Shown in pieces: positions 1-12,700 of a stretch of 20,000 nucleotides of DNA. Each line of letters begins with the position of its first letter. The first letter of the stretch is position 1. This DNA is from Trichoplax sp. H2. Lineage: Eukaryota. The stretch spans positions 46,497-66,496 of the forward strand of contig NOWV01000284.1 in the NCBI GenBank assembly GCA_003344405.1. Reading direction: 5' to 3'. The notes below the pieces were generated by a model. That model saw only the letters and a program-made list of their open reading frames with translations, was not told where the DNA came from and searched no databases. The translations under genes were made by a program, and so were the position numbers.

Positions 1-1040
1 TATTATACTACAAAGTTCGAAGATAAAATTGGTGAAAGATTTGAATCCAGTTTAGTAGTTAAGGATTAGATACGACTTAGTTATTTGGAAATGAATATAC
101 ACAATCTTATATTAGTCTTGATTGCTTATACCTTGAGGTAGATACTGCTAAAGCAATAATTAAAAATGACAGGAGTGAAAGAAAGAAAAAAACAGATTAA
201 ACTAGTACCGTGGCGACGATATATTCTATAATCATGTATAAATGAGGTTTTATCGGTTTTGCTCTCTCTATCTGCTGCTGTCTCGGAATTCACAATGATT
301 AGGCTATATACTAACGCTATTCACGAAGATGGCATGAAATAAAAAGACTTAATTTGGCTAATATATAATAAACTCTGGAGTTGTCATTGAGCAGTTTGAA
401 ATCTAGAAACTAATGAAATACTTGAAAATGTTAATTGCTATTACTAGGAAGATCCTCAGCAGTTTCTACACAAGGTATAAATTACCCTATATCGACATCT
501 ACATAGCAAATGATAGAATCCTAATCGCAACGAAGAAAGTTCAAAATTAGCAGCTGTCTACCCTAAAGTTTAAGCCTAAACTATTCAACATCAATACCAA
601 AAATGTTAACTTACATCTTGGCACGGTTGAAAGAGACAAAGCAGTGCACGTCTATTATAGGATTAATCAATAATGAATAAACAACATCAAACTCTAAATT
701 CAAGATATAAAAATATCGCATCAATAAGCATGAAGGTGCTGTAGGGCATTTTTGCTCGTTATATTCATTTATCTATAGTAATATCGATCAATTTTTCTCG
801 TTGATTTAGTCCAATGGAATGTTATAACATCATGTAGCGTATTGTAGTTTTGTTACTATCAGTTTGTTGCTATTTCAGTACGTTACTTCGAGTAAAATAG
901 AGTGGATCAATATCACTGGGAAATCCTTTTCCATATCTATAATATCATTTATGAGTTGTTACTGAAGTCATTTTAGTTCAAGGCCTATCTTGTCATCACC
1001 TAGTTGTGACATATTTAGAGAGCTCCGGAGTCCAACGCGG

Positions 1041-1547
1041 CATGACGCTTGTTGTACCGATCTCAGTATAAGTAAGACTAAGCTTGATTGCCGGTTATTT
1101 TGCTGCATGTTTTACAGTTGCACTTCGTTTTAGAACATATTAGATGCATGCTAGGATTTGAATCTATCAAACATATTTTTCGACTTCAAAGTTATTTTAC
1201 TGTACTGTATATCGACGTGGCGCTTGTTATATCGATAAGAGTATTAGTAAGACTAGGCTTCATTGCCGGTTATTTGCTCTACGTTTTACGCAAACACCTC
1301 GTATGATAAGTCTTAAACCTGACATACTTGTGTTTATTTCTCGATTCCAAAGTTACTTTACAGTACATCGACATGACCTTGTTATATCGGTGCGAGTATT
1401 AGTAAGACAGGGCTTGATTGCTGGTTATTTACTCCATGTCTTACGGATGATATTCTTCTTTTTATTACCTAGTACTACGTACGCGTATATGCTAGGATTT
1501 AAACCGGGTATACTTATTTTTTGACTCCAAAGTTACTTTAACCTGTA
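1041..1547. repeat. Three diverged tandem copies of a 155-175 bp unit
   Basis: Blocks cttgtt..agtaagact..gcttgattgccggttatt and tccaaagttactttac recur in units starting at about 1041, 1217 and 1372. Confidence 0.85.
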
Positions 1548-2413
1548 TTTGTTGACAATTAGAAGTTGGATGACATTTAAAAATATCTCACTTGGTGGTT
1601 GTGTACAAAGTTATTCAAACGATGCTTTATGCCAATATATAGAAGGGATAAGTTTTATTTTATTATCATTGCATGGTAGTCACTCTGAAGCCCCCCTACC
1701 ATTAGAACTTGATGAAAATATTTACTAGACTATAGCATTCGCTGTGATATTCACGTGTAAAAATTGCTCTCTTCACACTTAATCCGAACCATCTAAGGAT
1801 ATATTCAATTGGTAATGAATTAATTCAGATATTTCGAGGTCGTTGGATGACCAAAATGATCTTAAATGCGGTGCAGTGATATTGAGTTTAACTGATTAGG
1901 AGAGTACTTTTACTTTACTTGCTGTGAATTTAAGTCATATACCGTGCAATCTAGTACGCATAGAGTACATTGCTACTTAACCAATTCTTGGAGTACTTTG
2001 CTAAAACTGTCCATGGATACATGGTATATCCCTCACTCATTTTTAGTAGCCAGTGGTTCAGGTTTCGGTCACGGTAAATTTTTAGGAGTGGTACACTCCA
2101 ACTTTTACATAAGAGAGAGTTTTTTGTACCAGATTGGTTGTGAGAATTTCATACTTGATAAAACACTTGTGCACAGACTTGTGCACACATAAAAAGAGTC
2201 TTCAAGCTGATATTATTGAAAAATATTTATCCAACGATAGTGAATAAACACTTTACATTCCTGTTGATCGGATGTTTAATGAACTTGTGAGTCATTTTGG
2301 GGTCGAGATCAGTTAGAAGTTGTCCTTATATAGCGGGAATATACATTATAATTGATTATTCGATACTTGCCTATCGATATTATTGGCAGGAGATTGGAGG
2401 TATTTTTTTTGCG

Positions 2414-3455
2414 TCTTTCGACAGTAGACAATTAAGAAAAGCAGAAGTACGAGTACACTGGTATGCGTTTTATGCGATCAGCATAAAAACTTACTGTACT
2501 TATACTCTATGTCACTATAGGATTTTCCACCATTTTCTAGCTAGATATATGAGATCAGCTAGTCAAGATTGTCAATACACTGGCCTGCTTCTTATTTAAG
2601 CTTGTAGATTAGGATACAATAATGCCGGTATGGAATGGCAATCCAGATTGCGCTACACTTTACTAGGATTCTTTCGATATCTTACTGAGTTTACGTCAGG
2701 TAGATATTTCGTCTTAGTAATAATGCATGATTTATTATTAGATCGTGATCGGAAGGAGTATTTTTCTATATCCGTTGACAGCAGATGATTCAAGAAAGCT
2801 CAGACACATCTATTATGCAAATTGAATAAAAGTATAGTATAATAAAATAATATACTCTGTACTCTCAGTAGCAATCGAATTTTTCGTATGCATGATCGGC
2901 TAGTCAAGGTTGCATCAGTAATAGTAAGGTGTACTTTATTGAGGTTTGCTGAATGGTATATAAAGTAGATATTAAATAGCACTCCAGCTTACACTATTAT
3001 GCGCGTATGGTGTACTTTATTTGGAGTCTTTCGATTGAATGATCTTAATGAGGATTAGTTAGATTATGGACTACTAAAAATACCAGTGCATCGTTAGATA
3101 CTATTCTTAGTCAAAACTAATTCTTTATTGGACCATAATGGAGAGGAGATACGTGTATTTAAAAAATAATCCTTTGACAATAGATGATTCAAGAAAGCAT
3201 AGGTACACCTATTTTGCGAAAGTATTGCATAAGTAGAGCATAATACTGTATTCTATATAGCTATGAAAATTTCGTATGGTTGGATATGGTATTCGGTTTA
3301 TAATAAGGTTGTTGTCATCGACATCGATGGTGGCATGCATTTTATTAAGGTTTGCTGAATTGAATAATGTAGGTATGTGAGCTTGCATGGATAGCCGATG
3401 TATACATTCTACTGCAATTGATGGGCACCAACTAGGGGTCTTTCGATTGGATGAT
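2414..3455. repeat. Three highly diverged copies of a 360-400 bp unit
   Basis: ttgaca..agatgattcaagaaagc at about 2775 and 3174 (weaker at 2417); tttatt.aggtttgctgaat at about 2935 and 3342; gtctttcgattg.atgat at about 3026 and 3438; gctagtcaag at about 2558 and 2899. Confidence 0.7.
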
Positions 3456-3531
3456 ATACGAATACTCATAGAATGATATGGAATGGACAGTTGGATACAT
3501 TTCATTTGCATATTTTGCTTGCAATTTTACT

Positions 3532-3838
3532 TCAAGAAGGAATCGGCTCTGCAGACGAGTCCAATGAGTTGCACGCACCAGGCTGTAATGCGTGAAAAGA
3601 AAATTTTTCTTGCCGTAGGCGATCAATGAAACAGCAATTGGTGTCCATTGATTCATCTAGTTAGAGCAATATTGATTGTATTTTACATTGATGACACAAA
3701 GTGATCTATCCATCGAGGTAATGGAAAGTTTTTTCTACCTCCATGCATCCATCATAGAATACCTACTTCACCGTAACAAGGACTCGAAAGAGAAAATGCT
3801 GTCATGAATGAAACCATCTGTCTATCCGTAGCTTCCAT
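3532..3838 (-). CDS. Possible small 2-exon gene, complement(join(3532..3656,3763..3838)), 66 aa MEATDRQMVSFMTAFSLSSPCYGEVDESMDTNCCFIDRLRQEKFSFHALQPGACNSLDSSAEPIPS
   Basis: Two GC-richer blocks joined by a 106-nt gtattc..ctag intron in matching phase; the frame stays open upstream to about 3943. No homology recognised. Confidence 0.35.
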
Positions 3839-4239
3839 GCACCGTGTACCGGATTCACTAGCTGCAGCTATCTCAGAGTCAGGGACTGCTATAATAACTA
3901 GTATACTAATAGTGTAAGACCGATACACTACACTGTCGACCGCTTACAGTATGTTGCCGATCCCTTCAGTTAAGACCAGGGGTCTGAAATGGTCCCTATG
4001 GAGATTGGGCACTGGGCCGGCACGAGTTATTTGGTGAGCAACTTGAACTACTTTAAAAGTAAAATTTTCTTAGTTAGGTAACGAGATCGCGATAATTACT
4101 ACTTTAGTATGGCTCAGGATTGATAGACAATGCTATCGTTTACTGTGGTAGAACATGGTAATAGCCTTTGTTATGCTTTTACTATAGGTAAAAACAATAA
4201 TTGTAATCGAAGTGAAAGAATAAAGCTGATTAGAAGGTA

Positions 4240-4701
4240 ATGGAATCTGATAGCAAGTTAACCTCGGAGGAATCGGAAATTTCGTTGCCATCTTCCATCA
4301 TCGATGATGGTTGTTGTGTTGCTCCATTTTATACGCAAAATGATTCATTGAACGATGATGCAACGTGTTGGAAGAATGAAGAAAACGATAATATTAATAA
4401 TGATCATTCGCCTACTTACATCACTTGCCCTACTGGCTTGAATGACCAAGATAGTATCAATCGCAATCTAACAACTCATCATACGGATGATGATGGAGAT
4501 AATTTGCATGATCGCTTGACCAATTTAATGCAAAAATTGGATACCACCCAATCATCAGTGGCAGTAAAAACTGTTGATAAATTATTAACTACGGCAATCA
4601 ATCGTTATAGCGATGATCAATATCGTTGTAGAGCGTTCCAAATTGCTCGATGTATACTACAACAGTATGGAATGGAACCATTTCAATCTTTGCAAACAGA
4701 T
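4240..4701 (+). CDS. Exon 1 of a hypothetical protein (acidic N/D-rich N-terminus, then an alpha-helical region)
   Basis: 154-codon open frame from ATG 4240 with protein-like composition, ending at a strong GAT|gtaagt donor. Confidence 0.75.
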
Positions 4702-4963
4702 GTAAGTCTCATCTAATAGTATTTTGTAACCTTTTCTGCATCGACTGCAATATCATTTTTATACTTCTAGAAGTATTCGAGATTGTCTCTATGATATTCC
4801 TTCTAATTCACATAAAATCCATTGCATTAGCTGATAGATGATCATTTCGTGTAATTTGGATAGTGCTACGAAATGAAAACATGCTCGTTCTAGCTGAAAA
4901 TTTCACAGCATAGCAGTGACTATTTTACTCTTTAATTCTAATTTCACATGCTTTATCCTGCAG

Positions 4964-4996
4964 TATACTGGTGCTTTAGCTTTAGGCCATGCAGTA
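4964..4996 (+). CDS. Probable exon 2 of the hypothetical protein (YTGALALGHAV)
   Basis: Pyrimidine-rich tcctgcag acceptor, GTA|gtaaag donor, phase 0. Read-through without this donor would stop at 5059. Confidence 0.5.
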
Positions 4997-5085
4997 GTAA
5001 AGATTCATAATGGCCCGCTACTTATAACATTGCACAAGTTTATCGATACTAAGATGTAATCTGAGAATTTTATATCTTCTTCTAG

Positions 5086-5175
5086 TCATTAAAATACCCG
5101 GGATTAACTCAAGATGTTCTAGATTATCTTAATGAAGTTCAGTTATCAACAATGGATGAAATAGCTACATCTTAG
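5086..5175 (+). CDS. Probable terminal exon 3 of the hypothetical protein (SLKYPGLTQDVLDYLNEVQLSTMDEIATS*), about 194 aa in total
   Basis: tcttcttctag acceptor, phase 0, open to TAG 5173-5175, amphipathic-helix pattern. Confidence 0.5.
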   Translation, partial: SLKYPGLTQDVLDYLNEVQLSTMDEIATS

Positions 5176-6582
5176 TCCAAGACCATAGCTTCTATTATTG
5201 CAAACGGGCCAATTATTCTATAATATGCAAAGTAGGCTTGTCTTGTGATGACAGTTGCTATCTAGTGCTTATCGGTATCAAATTAGCCAGCCAAATCGAT
5301 CATTTGTGATCTTCTGCAAATTTTGTAAATATTTGAAACAAGAATTCGTTGAAAACAGATTTTACTTAAAGGACTGTCTTTCTGTACGCTACGAAAGCTA
5401 TTTTGGTAGTAATGCACTTATACTAAGATGTTTTAAATTAAGCGATTTTTGTCATAAAGTCACTGGAGGGTACATTATTCGTGGTATTATTTACTGTAGT
5501 TCAGCATAATTGGTATGCCTTATTGATTGCAATCAAATATGTGTGCCGTGTAGGTTATTCATATTTCCAGTTCTCGTGATATACAGTATATGACTTGAAG
5601 ACGTTAATTACTAATAGTGTTAAACGTTCTAACAACATACTTGCAAGAATACATATTACATAATTCTTTGTGTGATACTGTACATAGTATTTATTGTCAT
5701 CGTCATAAATTTTGTACATATATTCGCTGACGTTAGTGTACATATAAATATATAGTACATATGCATCGTATAATTAATTACCCTATAAAGTTGGCCACTT
5801 CGGAGGTTTGCAGTACAGGTGGATGACATCGTTCAGGCTACTGTGACCGATAGCAATATTCTATTCATAATATAATTACATGTTGAATTTTTCCCAATCA
5901 TTTTCTTGATCAATTATAATTATTGGTATTACTATTAATAAGTTTTTTAAATAGAAATTATAAAGTCCCGCAGAGAAATCAATGTTAACCTAATGAGATA
6001 TATAAATTATAATCACGTTACGATATCAGTCATATGTATATGTTAATTTTCACTCTTTGCTACTTAATCTTTTCCATAATATCACGCCGTCAGCTTAAAA
6101 GTGAAATTAAAATAACTAAATTTACTTTAAATTATTTTCCATATTGAGGTATTGAATTGCGCACCTCATAAACTGATGCCAAAATCTTTATAAACTACAA
6201 CATTTGAAAACAATACATTGTAGGTGCCTTAATTCAACTAAAATGCAGTAGGATATGGATTAAGGCATCGGCACGAAAACTTCTTTTTAAAGACTTGGTA
6301 TTGTTCGAGATACTTTGCATTGTACAAGTAGTATTAATATTCAAAAATAAATCGACACTCATTGCAATGGTAGATTAAAAAATAGCAATGTACTGTTTGT
6401 AATTTTATCCATATAATAGTAGCATTATCAAATGGAAAGTCTCTGTAAACAACTATCTTAAGAATAACGATCTGAAATTATGATCCAAGTGAAATGCAGT
6501 CCCAAAATTACTTCAAAACTTTGCTGTACGTAGTAGATTAAAGTAGCTAAAAAGTAATTCAATATCGAATCAACGATAAAAT

Positions 6583-6748
6583 TCAAGTGCGATCAGTATA
6601 TCTTGGTGTTGGACCTTCTGTAACAGTTTCCAAAAATGCCTCTGAACCTTGTGATGAAAACTGCTGCACTTTAAGATTGCAGTTATGTGGAAATATAGTC
6701 TTAATTTCGGAGTATAGATAGATTCTACATGATTTGGAGGATATAAAC
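6583..6748 (-). CDS. ATOS: Atos homolog terminal exon 14 (FISSKSCRIYLYSEIKTIFPHN...LETVTEGPTPRYTDRT*), Chromosome_seg region
   Basis: RF.SSKS.RIYLY..I..IF and TEGP.PRY motifs; cacag acceptor; TGA at 6585-6583. Confidence 0.95.
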
Positions 6749-9700
6749 CTGTGTAAGATTACACCAAAACGTTAAGATTGAAAATAGCTTCATCGCTGAG
6801 TATAAATTTCATTCAAAAATTTTATTGACTGCGAGTAAATGATTGTTAGTTAGTTACTCATAACCTACCTTAAATGAATAACGTATAATAGTGTATGTTT
6901 ATCCTATCATAAAGGATGTTCAGAAATTAGTGTCATTGCACTTAAAGTACTGCACACAATAAAGTATCAAATAGCGCTAATTTAAAATTAGCTAAATGGT
7001 CAATTTCAAACGTACCGATCTCCTATTCGTCATTATAGTAGTTCTTTGGCGTAAAAAAGTTTTCGATTTACCGGGCATGTCACTAAGGTCATAACTTGAT
7101 TTAAATACTTTAATAATAGTTTCTTGCGGATTATAGATTGTCTGTTCAGGAGAAAGAGCGAACTTCTTGATGAGTGATTCAATAATAAACATTATTAAAT
7201 AGGTCGAAATAGATAGGAAGAAAGTCGATACTACGAATCATATAGTACATCCTAGTCTTGCGTAATCTCGTATATGAAAGTTTTGCTATAAAAGGCGAAA
7301 ATGGGTAAATTTGATATTGAATCAGCTTTTTACTTACCATGTTTAAAGTACCTTTCTTTGGGATATGATACCGTGATTTATTCAAAAATTGCAAGGTTGC
7401 TATCCCCTACAGAATCAGCAGAATAAATATTAAATTCAAACAGTAGTAGGCTTTAAGGATCTAGTACAATCTGCTATTTGTACTCATAGTCTAGTAGATT
7501 GCGGTTTGAATATCTTACCAAATAAGGCGATGGCGCTTTATTGTCTGAAACGTTATAGTAAAAGGTATTCATAGGCAGGGTAACTATTTGCGCTGATGAA
7601 CCGACGACGCTTAAGGTCAATTTAAATCCCTAAATTTGGTTATCGCAATATTGTTAATTAATACAAACATTTGGTTAATAGAAGAACTAATATTAATGCA
7701 AAGTTCAATTGGAACTTGGAATTTAATACGAACGTACTTGAATTCTACCCGACGATTCGAGTCGATTGTTTAGTACAGATTCCTGAGTGCAATATTTACA
7801 ATGGCAATATAGTTAGCATTAGCTATATGAAGCATGAAGATACAATTTGTGTTTTTAAGCACTTGATCTTCTTAAGTACCCGAATAAATAATGATATTCG
7901 TTTATTTGAGCATTAAAACCATGGTGAGTATAAACAAAAAGTAGCTACTTTATAAAATAACTGCAAATATCTAATTTTTACAGTAATTATACATATATCG
8001 AACGTTTAAAGTGCTAAAGTATTTTAGGTAAAACATTACTTCAAAATTTCCAAGAAGTCGCTGTTCATGAAGGCCAATTGGTGGGCTTGAACATCGCTTT
8101 TGATGCACTAACAATCTCTGACCCTAGAGGAATCATCATACAATTAGACTATTTCATTTTATATCACCTTCCAGATAGGTATAGCACGACTAACATCGTT
8201 ACTATTATTGAATTGGCGTAAAAGAATTTTGATTCTTATCTCACCTTGACAAAAGCTGTAACATTGCCTGAAATTCTATGTAAAGCGAAGGTAATGACAA
8301 ATTACAATCAAATAGAACAATTTTGAGGCTAGTAGCACTAGCAATATACCGTATTATCTACAGTCAATTAATCATATTTGTTGTGGCGGTATCACAATAG
8401 CGTAATCGACGCTCAAATTACATACTGTACCCAGTACATCTAACTTACTGCGTAGGACTCTCGGCGGTTAAGAGCTTCGAATGCCTGTCTACTTCCTATC
8501 AAGAAAAATGTATATCTGATTTAGTTCCTATAATCTAATGAATTATATATTGTAAACTATAAGAGTTTTTCTGGATTAATTATACTCGTAATATTCAAGA
8601 GGACACAAAAATTTAAGTAAATAAATACAAATTATTTCTATAGTCATGTCCAAGTAATATGTTACCACAGGACATAAAATGGCCACACTTCACTGATATT
8701 GATGGTACCTATCTTTTTGTAGGTACAGGGTGTTCTAAAATATTACTTTTAAAAAATTTATTTCCTCACTTTTCTAATAAATTAGTTTTACCGTACCGTT
8801 GGACTTCGCGTGGAGGTGTTAATATTAACATCCACTGGGGCGGGAGTGGCACCAGAGGAAAGCTTCGGCAAGTGTAGTAAAGACCGACGAGTTGTATCGG
8901 TTTCTTTCGTATTTAAACCTGACTTTTGCTTATAAGATCCTAATGATGACGAGCGACGCCGATAATTGTTACTGTCGTCATCAATATCGTTTGCACTCTG
9001 TGTTAATTCTTTTAAGTGCAATCTAAATAATAGCATTTTAAAACGTGACACATTCGAATGACGGGGTGAAATTGGGCTTGATACTTTTACTTCTTGAGTG
9101 CTACTTGAATGTTCTCGATCGCTGAAACTTTTCGATCGAAATCTTAGCACAGATTTTTTATGAACGTTTGCCATAGTAGTTTTATCCGTAAGATCGCTAT
9201 CTCTATCGACTTTATCTTTCATCTTGGGCGATAAATTAGCTGCCGATGTTGCTGGCTTTGTTGTAGCTTTAGTTACTTTCTTATTGATAGCATCGCGGTG
9301 GCTTGCTGTTTCATTGTTGCTTTCAAAACTATCCTTCGAAATTGGATCAATTGTTTCAGTCTTTTGTTTATAGAAATTTTTTGTTTCAGGTTTAGCTATT
9401 TCGATATTTTTACGGTTTGGAGATGAATTATAATGATTTCCAATCTCATATGACTCATTGCCGTTATTGCTACCATTTTTTTGATTCATAGAGTCTATAT
9501 GTTTAGTTGATTCTACGTTTTTTAAGACATTCACTACAATTTCGTGAACAGCTGAAGGATCAGTTGTTTTGTTTTGGCTAACATTGACCTCTTCTTGTTC
9601 GATAGTTTCGTTATAAATATAAGCACATTCAGCCAGTGAATTTCTTCTCGGTCTATTATCGATTGCTATCACCTCACGATTATTAATGCGACATCCATTG

Positions 9701-12700
9701 GTCTGTAAGCTTGCACCTATTGCGTATTCATATAGCGGAAATAGGTATTAATTGCTATACGGTAGTACTTGCTACTGCACTTAATATTGAATAGATTAAG
9801 TTAATCATTGTGAAGATGATAACAGCCACGGAAAAAAAGGTGAAAGATATTGAACTAAGATCGTAAACAATAACCAATGGAATGACCTTCGAAATGTTCA
9901 ATTTGCTACGAATTATTTCATTGGCGAAGTGATTAATAAATGATGAGAACATGAATAAGTCTAACATAATTAATTCCTTATAGAAATATAGATATAGAAA
10001 TGTACAGTACAGTATAATTATAATACGTTATGAAATTTTAATCTAATATTAATATTATTCACCCAAGGTCAAACAGTTACAAAATAAAGCGTCCGTACGT
10101 GGTAGATAATTAGGATAAAAAAATCTTGGGAAAGTATAATGATCAGTGCAAACTGATCTGGAGGAGTACTTTTTTTATCAACCAATTTACTATATTGCAT
10201 TTAAGGTCTTGCAAAACTCTTGGAATTTTCTATTTCACTATCTTAACGCATAAAATTGTAAGCATGTAATAACTTATTACATACGTATTAATAACTATTA
10301 CACAATATATCACTACCTCGATTCTGAATTCCTAATCCTAGATCAATCGATTGTCGTCTTTTATTCGGATTATTTTGTTGAGATTGAACGAAACTTGGCT
10401 GGTAGGTTACTTGTAGATGTAAAGATGCTACATTTGATAAGCTTGTGGCAGGAAATATTGTCTTTAACGGCGATCCTGGGCATTTAGTTATGTCGTCCCG
10501 GCTACATATCCTAATTACAATAATTAATTTAATTGTTATAGCAGACCAACGTGCTGACTTTCTTTAGTGGAGCGGTGATAAAAATTTTAGTTGCCTTTTT
10601 AATTCATTAATAAAAAAATGAATCTTGATATACTATAGGTATAGGTGTGACTATGCATTACGAAAGCTAGGTAGAAGTGTTATAATAGCTATATCTACAA
10701 TTTTACAGAAAACTTGAATCCATGACAATGATTGACATACATCCAGTCGTATATAAATTTTAGTGTAGCAAACTACTATTGAACTCAATTAAATCAAAGT
10801 TTCAGACATAATAGCTATATTGCTTTAACTGGACTTTAGTAATTTACTTGCATTGATATGAAGGAAAGTGTACAAAGCTGCTGTTTCAAAACTAAAACGG
10901 AAGTCATCGTTAGCAGCGTAAAAATACTGTGGGTGTATAATCTTGCACAGTGTACTATTCGCGATGATATTTCTAGATAATTTATTCGACTAATTTCTAG
11001 AGAGGCTATGAAATTTGATCATTACTATGACTGCATGAGTAGGTCACTTGTTCATTAAAATTGCCTAGAGCAGTACAATAACATCAATAAAGTTCAATTA
11101 ATAATGTTGTGTCAATTACTAACTTGTAGACCACATTCGATGGCATTTGGCCTTGACTTTCTTGCATCATTGCTCGAATTTGTGAATAATAAAGATGCGA
11201 TTTCATACTCTTAACCGTTAGATTCGATGCTAACATAGGAGTTGGTGTGCTAGTGGAATCTTCACCACTGTAAAATTTTGATTAAAGAATAGTAAAACAA
11301 TTACAAATAATACATACTAGGCAAGAATCTCTAGTTTGCTGGTGTGACTTTATTTTGTTTGGCTAATAAAAGTTAAAACTTCTTCGTACTGTATTATCAC
11401 AAGTTGCATGCCATTCTAATATAGTAAAGCATTTTTCCTTTAAGTAATCCTTACAAACGTCATTTCTCCAATTTCTGTTATAATTTGATAGGGAATAGGA
11501 TTTTGTAGATTTTAAAAATCAACTAATACATATAAAATTCTTCTCAAATACCGACCGTAACAGTTTGATATTTAAACATATGAAGGAAAATTTCTCTAAT
11601 ATCGAATTCAATAATTACATAACGAGTATACAGTATATATGAGTAAAATTATTTCAAGAACTGCAACTCTTCTTATTCAAAACATTCCAGTGTTTGAATA
11701 TATATTGCAATATTATAAATCTAGTTAGCTTCTATTATTTTTGATGGATAGATATCAATTATACTGCTGAAACAGATATTGTAGTATTCGAAATACTTTT
11801 CAATTGGTGACTATATCATCCATGCAGATAAGTTTGGTATTATAATTTAAAGTAGATGCATTACAAGTTACCAATATAGTTAAGTTGCAATCAAGCTTGA
11901 ATAATGACAATTTCGTACTCATAAAAGGGTTAATTTGATATAGGTTAGCTATTTGAATCCGATTTCGTCTTCGTTTTTAATTAGGTAAAAAATGGGATGA
12001 TATCGAATAGAAACTATTCGTATGTGAGAAAATTATTTTATAGCTATGTATTCATTTCCAACTCCAGAAGTAGCCATAATCACTGCATTTTTTAAGAGCC
12101 AGTTCAGTACAGTATGGCATCGCTACTGGGATATTTTAAAGCGATAATGTAAAATAATATCACAGCAGTTACATAAACTGTAGTACAGTACCATCTAAAC
12201 TGTGTACTTTATCACTTACTCTTTCAAAACCGATATCATCCACTGTTCCATAAGGACGAAATCTTCCGAATTGACCTGAGTTGGACATGATACACGCTGA
12301 GGCCATGTGAGATCCGCTATTCTCTCTGATGATTCTTTAGTAATCGTTTCAAAACTACTTTGTTTGACCCATACTTCAATACATACCACGTTTTTATTTT
12401 GGCTTATGATTCGATCAAACTGCTTAATAGCAGCCTTTCCTAATTGGGTCTACGCGATAACGTAGTTTATTGGAGGTATTAGATAAAAAATGATTTATTT
12501 TAACAAAATGAATGAACGGCTAGCTTAAGTTTGGGCGGGTAGTTGTACCAATATTGACATAGAATTTAAAATGAAGTACTTGAAATAGGTTTATATAGTA
12601 TAGTACAAAAGTGCGTACATACTATATAGCAATGAACACTAGGCAAACGGAAGATAACGCTGTTTACTACAATTGCACTGTAACTGTTGTGAACCCTAAT

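Noticed and set aside
1088..1524. ORFs 1088-1306 and 1303-1524 as membrane-protein paralogs
   Set aside because: They fall inside the tandem repeat, so their similarity is DNA-level. The first starts at TTG, and the hydrophobicity reflects T-rich sequence.
1944..3511. ORFs 1944-2192, 2297-2599, 2800-2982 and 3209-3511
   Set aside because: Several have non-ATG starts, the composition looks random, most overlap the diverged repeats, and I found no coherent splice structure.
5788..5860. GC-richer patch with a cUUCGg tetraloop-like motif as ncRNA or SECIS
   Set aside because: The stem is too short, and there is no proper SECIS core or known RNA signature.
8666..8734. Extra Atos exon between exons 5 and 6
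   Set aside because: The 69-nt form has an in-frame TGA in phase 0. A 26-nt form (8709-8734) is phase-compatible only as an alternative to exon 6, with a weak gtacca donor and a 62-nt intron.
7671..8877. Plus-strand ORFs 7671-7916 and 8659-8877
   Set aside because: They are antisense to Atos exons and introns and contain no recognisable motifs.
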